This document shows, one piece after another, positions 37,248 through 51,274 of a stretch of DNA of 64,000 nt. Position 1 is the first letter of the stretch. Each line of letters opens with the position of its first letter. The translations under genes were made by a program, and so were the position numbers. The notes beneath the pieces were generated by a model that worked only from the letters and a program-made list of their open reading frames with translations, searched no databases and had not been told where the DNA came from. The stretch spans positions 768,001-832,000 of the forward strand of contig JAYQLI010000035.1 of the NCBI GenBank assembly GCA_038143065.1. The letters run 5' to 3'. This stretch comes from Rhodospirillales bacterium. GTDB lineage: Bacteria > Pseudomonadota > Alphaproteobacteria > Bin95.

Positions 37248-38387
37248 TTATCAACAAATTTTTCTAGGAATGCTTTGAACTGGTCGGAAAGTGGGTCTAC
37301 ATCATGACACCGTAAGTAGTAAGCTCTTGCATTTCCCCTCATCCTAGTACGCAATTCTTGGTTGCTAAAAACCCTTTCCATTGCTGCCACGAGTTCAGAT
37401 ACAGATGATGGTTGGACTACTAGCCCAGATCTTGACGCATTAGCAATTAATGGAACTCCAGACTTTTTTAGATTAGTAGTAATTACTGGTGTCCCACATG
37501 CATATGCTTCGATTTGAGATAAACCATACATTTCTTGGTTTAGTGGTTGAAGGCACTGAGCACAGATGCTAGCTCCAGCAATTTTTTGAAGCCTTTCATA
37601 AATTGAAGAGAGAGCTCTCAAAAATATAACTGTGATTCGTCGATTCCAAACTTTTTTGTTAAGTGCAAAATAGTTCTTATAGTTCACCCCAGACCCAATA
37701 ATGATAAGCTCAACATTTTGGATGTTTCTTACCAGAAACTCAGCCAAGAGGCAGAAATGGCTTACTTCAAAGCCTTTATATCCAACAAAACAGCCCGTAC
37801 ACACGAAGTAGGGCTTTACATCCTCGTTCATAGATCCTTCAGAATACCTTAGTATTTCAGATGACTGGGCTTTAAGTTCTGATGTGGCGAATAAATCTAT
37901 GAGGCAAAAACTCTTACTTTGCAAAAAACTTGGTACTGTTTCGATATGAGCGACCGTTGGCACGAGAATACAATCGAATCTTGAATAAAATATTCTCGTG
38001 AAAATATTATAAAAATGGTTTGAATTAATCCCTTATGAGATGTACTGGTGCATGCCAATATAGGCAGAACTTTTGATCGCTTTTTAAGCAGCGATAAAAT
38101 CAATGGGAATGGATTAGGAACATGAATAATTATGCATCTATATTTAGAAATATTTTTACTCACTGATTTTAATAAACTAAAGCTAAATGGAATATTGCGG
38201 ATTAATCGGTATTTAAATTTATAAACAGATAACCTAGGTTCATTTTCTTCTAGGTTGCTATGGACTACTGTGTCTAAGTGCCAGTCCTTAATATTATCAA
38301 AAACTTCAATATTACCAAGCGTTGCTGTTTCAATGCCCCCCCAATCAGGAGGAAAATATTTCCCAATTTGCAACAGGTTTTATTCAC
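37244..38387 (-). CDS. Glycosyltransferase family 4 (frameshifted)
   Basis: QIGKYFPPDWGGIE, HVPNP, EMYGLSQIEAYACGTPVI. Confidence 0.85.
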
Positions 38388-39269
38388 TATTTATCCCTCG
38401 TGTCGAAATTACCTGACACGAATGGAATACTATACAATTTATTAAATTTTTCACCGTTAAATTGTACAACCTTACGATAATCAGAAGTCTCCCTTTTTCA
38501 ACACTATCTTTTACCGATGGCAAAAAGTTAAAATTCATTACGCTATCCACATGAACTCGTTCCCCAGAAAAAACATAGAGAACAAGTTTATTATTTTCCG
38601 AAGGTATATTTGACAAAAAGTCTGTTTTGTCTTTTGCTCAGTCTTAAGTGATTGCACAATTTGCGCCCCACAGAAGAAGCGTGGGGAAACCGATTGTCAA
38701 AAATTACAAACTCACCCATTTCCGTCTTTATTTCAGGAAGTAAAAAATCGGGCAAAATCTTTTTTGCGATTTTTTAAAAATGTATTCTGCAACTGTAAAA
38801 CCAAAAGGTAATCGAACTAAGGAACGCGTCAGCTTAAATAACAGGGTTTCCGCAGATCCCACCGCAAACCCGCATTGAAAGTATCTTGAAAATAAAACCC
38901 GATGTTTGTCCACGAAGGTGTTTTATTTTTAAACGCTATACTGCGGGATGTAAGTTCGTTAGCTCCGTCGATGTGTAATCCAAACGACGTTTGAAGCCCT
39001 TTTTTGCGTAAATGAGTTAAATTGAGTTTGCAAATTTGGGTAAAATACTGGATGGATATACAGGCATGTTAAAGGCCTCTTTCAATTTTTCATCGTTTAA
39101 AATGCGCTGAATGTCAGGATCTGCTACCAGATCAGAAACTTGACGTACCCTTTGATTTTTTACTCTTCTCACAGAGCTTTGCTTTTATTTGTAAAACTTC
39201 TTCTACCGATAATAATGATCTAATTTTAACGTAACCGTCTCTATAAAGAAGCTTTTGATAGTAATTCAA
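38380..39269 (-). CDS. Phytanoyl-CoA dioxygenase (PhyH)-like 2OG-Fe(II) oxygenase (fragmented)
   Basis: RDGYVKIRSLLSVEEV N-terminus, LHIDG (HxD), GEFVIFDNRFPHASS distal His motif. Confidence 0.65.
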
Positions 39270-40040
39270 ATTTAATACCTCAGAGTATTCCTAAAAAACG
39301 TTTTCTCGGAAATTGTTTGCAATTAGGTCCAGGTCTTGCCAGCGTAAGTTGGATGACTTTTTGGGCTTTGCAAACCATAGATTTCCATAAATTTGATTCC
39401 TTTGATCAATTAAATGATCTTCATTTACTCTCACGGCATGTAGGGTATCAGAGCTTGGTTTGAATATTGATATACTATTGTTGAGTGTTAGTTTTTTTTA
39501 CGGTATTAGCCCATTCCCAAGGGAACCCAGCACGGATCAACATCGTTATATTCCCAAAATTTTCGATAAATTGGTATTGCGGCTTAAATTCACAGAAATG
39601 TGTATGCATGCTCATGTTCGTGACATCATGAGTATTGGTGTAAATGTTAACCATCATCTGTTAAAACCACGAGACGTGTCTGGGTGGGGAGATATTTCAT
39701 AGCCTTTTAGAATTTTTTTGTATACCACCCTCATAAGTTTATTGATTCAGTTATTAAAAACTTCTCAAGCTAATGCATCTAACCATCTACTACCCTCGAA
39801 AAATGCCATTAAATCAATCAGAAATGGGTCCTCTATTTTTTTCAAGCGATATGTTATTCCATTCAATCGTAATATCTCTTCCATACCCTTCAATCTTGAG
39901 CGTTTATATTTCCCACCAGAGAAAAACTTAAATATTCCGTTTCATCAGTGATGGAACCAGGAAATGGAATAGCCTCATACCCACACTTACGTAAAGTTTT
40001 CAGCAAATTCTCGTTCGTATCCTGTTGATTTAATTTAATA
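39270..40040 (-). CDS. Probable class I SAM-dependent methyltransferase (fragmented)
   Basis: Fragments LLKTLRKCGYEA, ISPPRHV and HDVTNMSMHTHFCEF, consistent with glycan-cluster methyltransferases. Confidence 0.4.
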
Positions 40041-40191
40041 TGTTTCTTTTCTGAATAGAATTAAAATGTTCAATAGAAAGAAATTCTCAATAACCACATG
40101 ATTAAATGGTTTTGGGTCTATTTTTGCTTTCGAAATTTTATTCCAAAGGTAGTCAAACTGTTCCATTACATAGTCCCTATTTTAACTTCTT

Positions 40192-41629
40192 TTATATTGA
40201 TCTTGATATCGTATAATATCGTCTTCGCCAAAATATGTACCAATCTGTACTTCTATCAAAACCATTGGAAGTGCATCGGCGTTCCTCCATCCGATGTATT
40301 GCACCTAATGGTACGTAAACTGACTACCCCGTTTCAACTAACTTTACGCGTTCGTCGACGGTCACCTTTGCTACGCCCTCAACAACAATCCAATGTTCCG
40401 AACGAAACTTATGGCTCTGCAGGCTGAGGGCTGCGCCCGGATTCACAAAGATTCGTTTTACCTGAAACCCATCAGACAGGACTAAGCTCTCGAACCAACT
40501 GAGGGCGATGTTCTTTTGAAATATTTTCTTTCGCTTGCAAAGTACCTTTTGCCTTGAGCAGCTCCACCACTTTTTTAACATCTTGGGCACGAATCTGTAT
40601 TACGCAACAAAAGAGGACTGCATCAGCTTGCATAAGTGATCGCCATGATATTGTCCAACCCCTAGACCAACGACTTGTTGGGATTAACTCGGATCGAAGC
40701 AAACTATTGGTGCATTCGATGGCGTGTGCATTTCGTTAGTCACATTGCCTAATTGATCTGGATTACTTTCTGTCCATACGGCATCCCAACCACCAAGATC
40801 AGACCACTTTGAGGCGTAAGGCACAGAAACTAAGTTCTGCACCTTCTCATAATGGCATAATCGATACTGATATCCTCAAGCTTGGACCAAGGATCTGGGG
40901 CAAGGCGCAAAAAACCCAAGTCTGAAGAGACATGATCCAATGCACGCGATACAAGATTTAAAGTTTCTGGCGCGTGGGTACCAAAGAGCTTCAATCATAT
41001 CCTGCGGACAGTTAGAAATATCCCTGAGTTCCAAAGATAGGAACCATCTTCGAGCATCTGATTGGCATCCTGCAGATTAGGCTTTCTACAAAAGCTTTAA
41101 AGGTCAGAAGTGCCGTATTTATCTATGGGGTCTTTAGATAGCTCTAAATAACCATACCCCGTCCTCTGGATGCGTAGGCTTAATTCCAAATGTGACTATT
41201 TTTTGGTTCTGGAGCGTATGATAAGCCTGTTTTTATTGCCTTATGGAACTCATCTCTGTTCGGAATCAAATGATCTGAAGGGGCGACTAACAATATGGCC
41301 CCTTCATCTTTTGAATGTGCAAATATGCTAGCGGCTAAAATCGCGGGTGCAGTATTCTTTGCCTCAGGCTCGATAAGGATCGTTCCAGGATCAATCCCCG
41401 GCCAGCATCTGCTCGCCGACAATGAAACGGAAGTTTGAATTGGTGAGAGTGATATGCGGGGCAAACTCAATAACCCCTGAGGAACTTAGGCGCATGGCAG
41501 ACTGCCAACTGAAACAATGAATGTTTCCCCATTAGCTCCGCAAACTGTTTAGGATATGACTTGCGCGACAGCGGCCACAACCCTACTTCCTGATCCACCA
41601 GCTAACAGGACAGGATAAATTTTTGGCAT
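40192..41629 (-). CDS. manC: Mannose-1-phosphate guanylyltransferase / mannose-6-phosphate isomerase (fragmented)
   Basis: LWPLSRKSYPKQF, ILIEPEAKNTAPAI, APSDH, WSDLGGW, LSLQSHKFRSEHWIVVEG. Confidence 0.92.
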
Positions 41630-41897
41630 TCTAAGACCCCATGCGCTTTTTATATCTGCTACTAGATGCACTCATGAAACCATTAAACTACCCGCAATCA
41701 AAACTGTTTTTAGAAATCTTGAACTATTTGAACCAACACTCGACTATTCAAAAAATAAGATACTACAAGCGCCATCACGAAAACATGCAATTTTCGATTA
41801 ATGATAAATTCCTGTACTAAACCTCTCGTCATCCTAAGTTCGTGTTTCGACAAAAGCTCAAACAACGCATAGCCATAACGCTCCATTATCAGCAAAT

Positions 41898-43271
41898 CTA
41901 AACCTGCTCCCCACCAATCAACTGCACAATCGTCATAATGTAAAAATCGAGCGTGTTCACTTTACCCTTACATTCAATATTCAAGCGCACCAACGGTTCC
42001 GTATTCGAGTGTCGCAAATTAAACCTCAATCCTCAAATACTAAACTCACGCCGTCAGTCCTATCGTGAAAGGGCATCCGCGCTGTAGGCAATTAAAACGT
42101 TCTCAATCGCTTTAGTAGCATCAGCAACTTTAAAATTCATTTCACCCGAGCTTGGGAAGGCGACGAATCGATCTTTCATCAAATTACCCAGTGAGCGTCC
42201 CGAGCGACACACAAACTCGGCCATTAGCAACCACGGAATCATGCCACTATCGCAATAAGGCAAAATCCTGGAAATAATGGTGAGCAGACATCTCGCCGCC
42301 GTAAACAGCATCATGCGAGCGCATTGTTTGCTTTATAAAGGCATGGCCCGTTTTGGATTGCACTGCAATACCACCTTTATGTGCAACAATATCTCGAATA
42401 TTTCAAATCACTCTTGGATCATGAACGATCTTTGCTCTGGTCTTTTCTCCAGAAACATAGATGCTAAAGAGGCCCATGACATATTCTCCTGGTACAAATT
42501 GTCCAGATTCGTCAAAAGAAAAAGCAGCGATCGAAGTCACCATCAAATGCCACGCCAAAGTCTGCTTCATTAGCCCTAACTACTTCAGAAGTTGCAGAAT
42601 GGTTTTTCGGGTAGAAGTGGGTTGGGATCCCATTTGGGAATGTCGCATCAGGTATATGATGCACCCGGATTAATTCAATTGCGCAAGCGTCCTCAATCTC
42701 TCTGCAATTGCATCAAAAGTTGGACCCGCCGCTCCGTTCCCAGAATTAACTACGAGCCTCAAGGGTCCGCCATGTTCTAGTATCCACGAATGAAAGAACC
42801 CTATCCACATAGGCCTTTCGCGCTTTCTCTGAACAGTTAAACTCTTTACCAGCCTCACCAACCACCATCCATTCTTGAGAACTTGCTAGTGCCTTGATCA
42901 CTTGAAAATCACCCGCGTCATCCAGAGGACGCGACTGAGACTTTACTATTTTCATGCCATTATAATTTGACGGATTGTGAGATGCAGTAACTTCAATACC
43001 TGCACAAGCGCCAAACTCAGTCACGGCCCAATACATCTCCTCGGTACCCGCCATGCCAATATTTAAAACATCTGCGCCCGCATCCATAACGCCACGCGCC
43101 GCCGCCTCCGCAAAGGCTGGACTTGTCTCACGCGCATCAAAACCAATAACAACAGACCCCGCTCTTAAATGTTGAGCCACTGCTCGACCAATTCGGTAGG
43201 AAATGCCCTCATCGATACTCACCAATTTCACCCCGGATGTCGTACATCTTGAAGCAGGTTAAGTCACTCAC
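41898..43271 (-). CDS. manB: Phosphomannomutase (CpsG/ManB) (fragmented)
   Basis: [38 protein letters not shown]. Confidence 0.92.
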
Positions 43272-43620
43272 CCCTGATGCTCTCTGGTGCTGGTGTCGCC
43301 TTAACGGCAAGCATTATGGCTTTCTCAAGTGCTTTAATTTCAGCCGTTTGCACCTCGAACTCTTCACACTTACGTTCGATTAACATGTGCGCGGGGCGTA
43401 ACCTGTTTCGAAACTCTCCTGGGATCAAGAGGTTACCATGTTGCTCTTTTCGTGGATATTTGTCTGTATTTTCAGACTTCACAAAGCCTTTTTCGACAAA
43501 GTCAGTGAGCCCATAACTGGTTGCACTAATTGCCCCCGCCCTCGTCATAAGCCAACTGGCGCGCGGACATCTTTGATTTCTGAGAGATTAAGCTCATAAC
43601 TTTCAAATAGGCCTCCGCAT
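43264..43620 (-). pseudogene. Degenerate MarR-family EPS-associated transcriptional regulator
   Basis: EKGFVKSEN...RKEQHGNLLIP...IERKCEEFE..AEIKALE aligns with the EPS-associated MarR pattern; many non-conservative changes and a broken N-terminus. Confidence 0.55.
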
Positions 43621-43869
43621 GCTGTTCTTTGTACTAAATAGCTAAAATATCAATTTAGAAAAGCGACCGCACCAGACTTCCAATAACGAGAAGACAAAGG
43701 CAAGGAACGTACCGATAAACGGAAGGATTATTAAGGGACGTGGGATAATCAACATTTGTCTGACATCAATAACAAAATAGAAATACACACGAAATATTTA
43801 GTTAATGGAATCATATGCAAGCAAGTAAACGGCATGTACTATCATTGACCTATTCCATGGATAACAGAA

Positions 43870-44331
43870 GTGATACACTGATACTCGATACAGTTTAAGA
43901 ACAGTAGCTATCCTTTGACAGAACGCAACTTGCATAGGCAAGGATGCCTATACAGCGTATCACCCGCAGGACGGCTCTCACTTTGTGACTGACCTTTAAC
44001 CCCTATTTCCCAAACAAATATTGGTAATCTTGAAATCTGACTTGGCTGCATAGCGCTTCCTCGAAGTACGATCGGGGTATGAAACCCTGTAAGCTTTGAG
44101 GGCAAACTAAAGCCGCTGTCACTTCAACTTATTCCTGGTTTGATTCTTCGATACGATGTACCTGATACACTAACACTACCCAAAAGTCTGAGCGAGGGCA
44201 GTAATATGAAAATGCCTGCCGGACCTTTTGCGAACTTCATAGCAACAGCAGGCACTGCAAATGATCAAGTAATTAATTTGGGTAATGATGAAGTTCATAG
44301 AACAGACTACGCACATAAAAGTCATAGCTAA
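43870..44331 (+). pseudogene. RfaH/NusG-family antiterminator pseudogene
   Basis: QFKNS...ERNLHRQG, FVTDL*PLFP, DLAA*R, STIGV*NPVSFEGKLKPL, KOW-like GPFANFIA; in-frame TAA, TAG and TGA plus indels. Confidence 0.75.
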
Positions 44332-44506
44332 GCGACTAAAACATACTTATCGGCTTACCTTCTAAGGCTCAGCGTTTGCTATTTGTTAAGAACGCTTCGG
44401 CCGTCCAGACGCATTACTTACATTGGTGTCTTGAGATTATATGAGGGGCGCGCAAGCGATCGAACAAACAACAAATGCATAGGGTTGCGAACGACAAGCC
44501 AAACCG

Positions 44507-45326
44507 ATCAAAATGCTTTCTGAGATCAGCAACGTACTTAATGGCATCCAAATAGCCCTCCACGCTCCCACAATCGAACCGGTGACCATTCAGTGTAACT
44601 GCTTCTACTGCATTATTGGACGCCTGCTTGTTAATTGCATCTGCAAGTTGAATTTCACCACCAGCTCCTACAGGCTGATTACAAAAAGAATATTAAAGAT
44701 GTCTGGAGTTAATACATAGCGACCGATGCTAGCTAGATTTGATGGAGCTTTGTCCGCATCTGGTTTTTCCACAAGACCTGCTACTGCACCTGGCTTACCG
44801 TTTTGGACTACAACCCCATACTTACTAATATCAGGACCATTAACTTCCATCGCTGAGTTGAGACTTACCGGATGCCGCAAACGAACGCACAAGATCAGCT
44901 GTAGCACCGCCCCCTCACACGTGAGAAAATCATCTGCGAGCAATACAGCAAAGGGAACACTACCTACGGCTCGTTCCGCACAGAGAACGGCATGGCCGAG
45001 ACCAAGTTGCTCAGGTTGACGAACAAAAATGCATTCTACTCCTGAGGCAAAATGTTCCTAACCATGTCGGCCTCTTGATCTTTGCCTTTTGCCCGTAGAG
45101 CCATCTCAAGTTCTTGGTTACTGTCAAAATGGTCTTCAATGGCGCGCTTATTGCGGCCTGTCACGAAAATTAGTGTATCAATGCCCGCCGCAATCGCCTC
45201 CTCTCTGCATATTGAATCAGAGGCTTGTCGACTATAGGAAGTAGTTCTTTCGGGTGCTTTTGTGGCAGGGAGAAACCTTGTGCCAAAACCAGCGACGGGA
45301 AAAACTGCTTTACGGATCTTGGTCAT
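44507..45326 (-). CDS. galU: UTP--glucose-1-phosphate uridylyltransferase (frameshifted)
   Basis: [48 protein letters not shown]. Confidence 0.93.
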
Positions 45327-45934
45327 AGGAAAATACGTCTAACTGATAACGATTGAGCTGAAGATAGTAGCACAAATGTCCATACACTAAAAAAATAAGC
45401 TACTATCTACCTAAACACCATACGTTTTTCAGATTGCTTCAGACAACTATCCTATTTTCGATCATAATGCATCGATAACAATAATCCTAGCATTTCTAAT
45501 TCTTAATATTAGAGCTATGCGATAGGGGCTTCCTTACTACGTAAAGAAGCAGCTCTAAATTTGAGAATAAAAAGTAGTTTTTGCTGAATGAACCAACTCT
45601 TTTGAAGACAACGTTTGAGGTCCGTTGGTTTGTTCCCTTTTTTGGATTTCGATCTGAACGTAAATAAACCTTAAGAACTTTGCATAAGTAAAATATCTGG
45701 AAATTTTCTACTTTTGGGTTGGTGAACTTTCCATTTTTCAAAACAAATCAATTTCTCACAAGAACCTCATCACTCTGGATAATGTTTTTACCCAACTTTG
45801 CAAATGAAGGCTACATTCACCAATGTTGCCTTAGATTTTCAAAATCATTATAAAGTTTTTAGCTTTGACGCTGATAAAAAACACTAAGTGTTTGGATCTA
45901 ATATAATTAATTTATACAGATTACGGCAAGTAAA

Positions 45935-47890
45935 ATGACCAATGAATCCCGAATAAACGAAGATGAAATTGATGTATTAGAATTACTATCTAGGTTGTGG
46001 GCGCACAAGATTTTCATCATTTTTTTAACCCTTACCTCAATTGGAATTGGTTTTCTTCATTGCTAAAAATGGAAAAAGTTTTTACGTCTAGCGCTATATT
46101 TATTTTGGAGGAAAACCCTCAAAACAATTTACAATCTCAATTGTCCTCTTCATTGGGGTCTTTTAGCGGTCTTATTGGAGTACCAATAATTCAATCTGAT
46201 GTCGATCAATTAATTGAAAGAATAACAGAGCGGAACTTTATTTTAGAGTTAGATAAGGAGTTAGGTTTTAGGCATGACAGATATTTCAATAATTATAACG
46301 AAAGTCTCTCAGACCCTGATTGGAAAATATTCCTAAAATCTCTGTTAAATTGGAACACCATACCGATAGATCCCGCTAGAAAGATAGATTGGAGTGTTGT
46401 CAATGGCTTCCATAAAAATGTTAAAATTACTCAAACAGAAGCAGGCGCCATTAAAGTAAGTGTGAAACATATTGATCCAGAAAAAGCTGCAGAAATTGCA
46501 AATCATATCGCAACAAAAACTATGTTGCTCGTAAAAAAGAAAATGTGGAGACATCTAACGAGAAGCTGACCTATTTATCTCAAAAACTTGCTGACTCGCT
46601 AATAAATTACGAAAATGCAGAGAAAAAGTTAAAAAACTTTGCTCTTTCAAATAGTACTGCATCTTTATCATCATTGCCACAGGATCTGTGTTACTAGATG
46701 ATCTCCGGTCTCAGCGAGAAAAAGCAAGACTCAAGTAGATGCTATTGATGTTTTGCTGCCGTTCGCGGCACGTACGATTCCGACAATTGAAGATTATGTA
46801 AAAAGTACGAAAGGACTACCCGATCTTAGACCAGTCCGATTTCCGTCGGATCCTAGGCATTTCTGAAGTACTTAGCACCTGGAGCTGGCCAAGTGCGAAA
46901 AAATTATCTCGAGTTCGAGACAGTATTAACGATCGGATTGGTTCTCTGGACGCTCAAATTGTAGCACTTGAAGCAGATGCCAAAAGATATGCACAAAGCG
47001 CCGAAGAAATGCAAAAAATTGAGGCGCGATCTTAAAATAGAAGGGAGGCGACATACAGCGTTCTTATTGAGCAAGTGAAGTCTCTATCGCTCGCCGCTGG
47101 CTTCACTCCTGATGACTCTCTATGTTTATCGCCGCTGCTGACGCAGCCATAAGTCCATCCCAACCAAAAATAATTCTTACACTTGCTCTCGCAACGGTCT
47201 TAGGTTTTCTTATCTCATGCCTTATAACTTTGACGCTGAGCTTTCGGGCGGGATTCTGTTATACAGAGAGAGCCGTGTTGGATCGGCTTAATCAAATTCT
47301 ACTCTTAAAATACGATCCCTTCGTGAAAACCGATGCAGAACTCTTACAGAGGCGCAAAACAGCCTCAACGGGCGTCCTATGGATTGGGCAAGACAAGTAC
47401 TTTTAGAAAGTGTAGCGAGTGACGGCACTTCTTCTACGCTTATTTTAGATACCACACCATCCCAGTACGCCTCCGCAATATCCCGTTTGTTAGGAATAGC
47501 GCTAATGACTTGGGCTTAACGGTAGCCTACATTGACCTCTCTAAAAATATTCAATCTGACAAAGCAAAACAATATGATTGTATTTCTGGAGCTGAAGACG
47601 ATTTAATAATTTCTGAAAAATTAAATGGATGTACTGAATTTAATTATATCAAGGGAAAACAAAATATAGAAATGTTGTTTTCTAAGTCATTTCAAGTATC
47701 TATTAATAGACTTGAGAAAAATTATGACCTTGTTATACTGTCTGCTGATATTAATTCTTTAAATATACTATATTCTTATAATATTCATAGTAAATTTAAT
47801 TTAGTAGCACATGTTTCAAAGGAAGGACGAAGGCTGAGACTCTTCGAGGATTAAACAAAAAAGGAAGTGTGAACTTTGCATTACTCATAA
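45935..47890 (+). CDS. Wzz/Wzc-type polysaccharide co-polymerase (fragmented)
   Basis: EDEIDVLELLSRLWAHK N-terminus, SVKHIDPEKAAEIANHIA, coiled-coil region, PSQPKIILTLALA TM2, C-terminal VAYIDL/YDLVIL domain. Confidence 0.75.
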
Positions 47891-49146
47891 GGCCTTTTCA
47901 AAAGAATTATCGGCATTGTATTTGTCCTTACTATTTCTGGATGTTCATCAGTTTTAGAGCCGATTAAGCTTCCCGATCTTACGCCTAACCCTCAGTTGCA
48001 AGAAAAGTTTGCTATAGACTTGGTGCCGCTTACATTTTTGCCTCGGCTTCGGCGCTAAATTCGAACCATATTCAAGGCAGATATCTCTTCCAGTAATGCC
48101 TACTCAGCTAATGTCGTCAGCGAAGACACGATCATAAAAACAATTTCCTCCCACCAGAGATGGGTTCTCATATCGACTTGGCATTGGTGATGAGTACCCT
48201 TGTACAGTTTGTGACTCACTCCCCTTCTTTAGGATTATTGATGAAACCCAACTTGGTGGGAAGGAAGCCGATGCCATTTCATTCGCACCAACAGCTGCAC
48301 CGGCATCTAGTATAATTTTCGACTAATGGCCGTGTAGCAAATGATGGAAGTTGTTACTCATTGGAGTTGGTCGTCTCGAAGCAAAGGACGCTTCTTGACT
48401 GACCTGCAAAAAAGTGAGAAGTATTCTTATACGAAATGGTAAAGCTCCGATTTTCAGTTAGAGATTGCAGGCTTTAACTCGCAGAAGGCTTTTTATCACC
48501 ACTGATGAACAAAAGCCTGGTCGACCAGTCATGTTTTGCCGATTACTGACCAAGGGACATCATTGCGAGAAACCCTCGCTTCCGCTGGTATCGCCTTCAA
48601 TGAGAGATTTTCACAGCTGTGAAAAATTCAACGAGACAGCAAAACATTTTCCTTTAGCTTGGCTGACCTTTTCTCTGAAGACGCACCGGAAGTATATTAA
48701 AAGATAAAGATCACGTATTCATTCAAAATCTGGAATACGTCAACGGAAATGTTTTTTTAGTTGGTGGGGTACAACCCAAAATAATCAAAATACAGCCAGA
48801 ACTTCGTCAAACATTAGCTGAGGTATTATTTGCTGAGGGTGGTCCACTAGGAGCACCGAACGCACAACGGTCAACAGTTTATTTATTGCGAGGGCTTGAT
48901 CCTATCAAAGCATATCATTTAGATGCTCAAAATCCCGCAAGAATTTTTGTAGCTGATGCCGTCGAGATGCGGCCAAATGATATCGTTTATGTAGCTGAAC
49001 AGCCAATAAATACATTCAATAGAGCTCTTCAAACAATACCTGCCATTGAGGCTTCTCTCAGGGATACTCAAAACGGAAATCTCCCTAAATGGAATAACCT
49101 CAAATTTTATAAACTGGAAAATAAAAAGTGCACTGAACAGGCCTAA
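47890..49146 (+). CDS. Wza-type polysaccharide export outer-membrane lipoprotein (fragmented)
   Basis: Lipobox VLTISG-C (Cys codon 47942-47944), YRLGIGD, GRVANDG, MRPNDIVYVAEQPI. Confidence 0.75.
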
Positions 49147-49413
49147 ACTCAGTTCCTAATGCTATTTTAATAGACACAGACACGACACAACTGCATCAGC
49201 CTGTTTCTGACCATTAATTTTTTATTTGATAATAAAGTCTCATTGGATACGAGAACTGCTCATGCTGGATTATTGATTTTCCAATTAACAGAAGTCTTAA
49301 AAAACCTAACCTTAGATCAAACATAACTCTGAATGTTGGTTGTTTTTCTAAAAGGGGCGCTTTCCGGGTAATTAGGGGACGGGCAAAGCACCCTATAAGC
49401 TAATTAACTAAAA

Positions 49414-51123
<1,710 letters not shown>

Positions 51124-51215
51124 GATAACACTCCAAAGAACGTCTTTCCCAGTCTCATCTAGAGCCCTAAATGACAAGTATTAATCTGTACAAAAATCAA
51201 TCAAACGAAAAATAA

Positions 51216-51274
51216 TGCCTGCAAAAAAGGCATTTGCGGAAAATTTAAACCTTTATGTGCTTAATTTGTATGCA
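51216..51274. promoter_or_regulatory. Two NtrC-type boxes upstream of amtB
   Basis: TGC-N11-GCA at 51216-51232 and 51258-51274, 42 bp apart. Confidence 0.55.

Noticed and set aside
45330-45930. 81-aa ORF between the divergent galU and wzc-like genes
   Set aside because: No motif or RBS; more likely a divergent promoter region.
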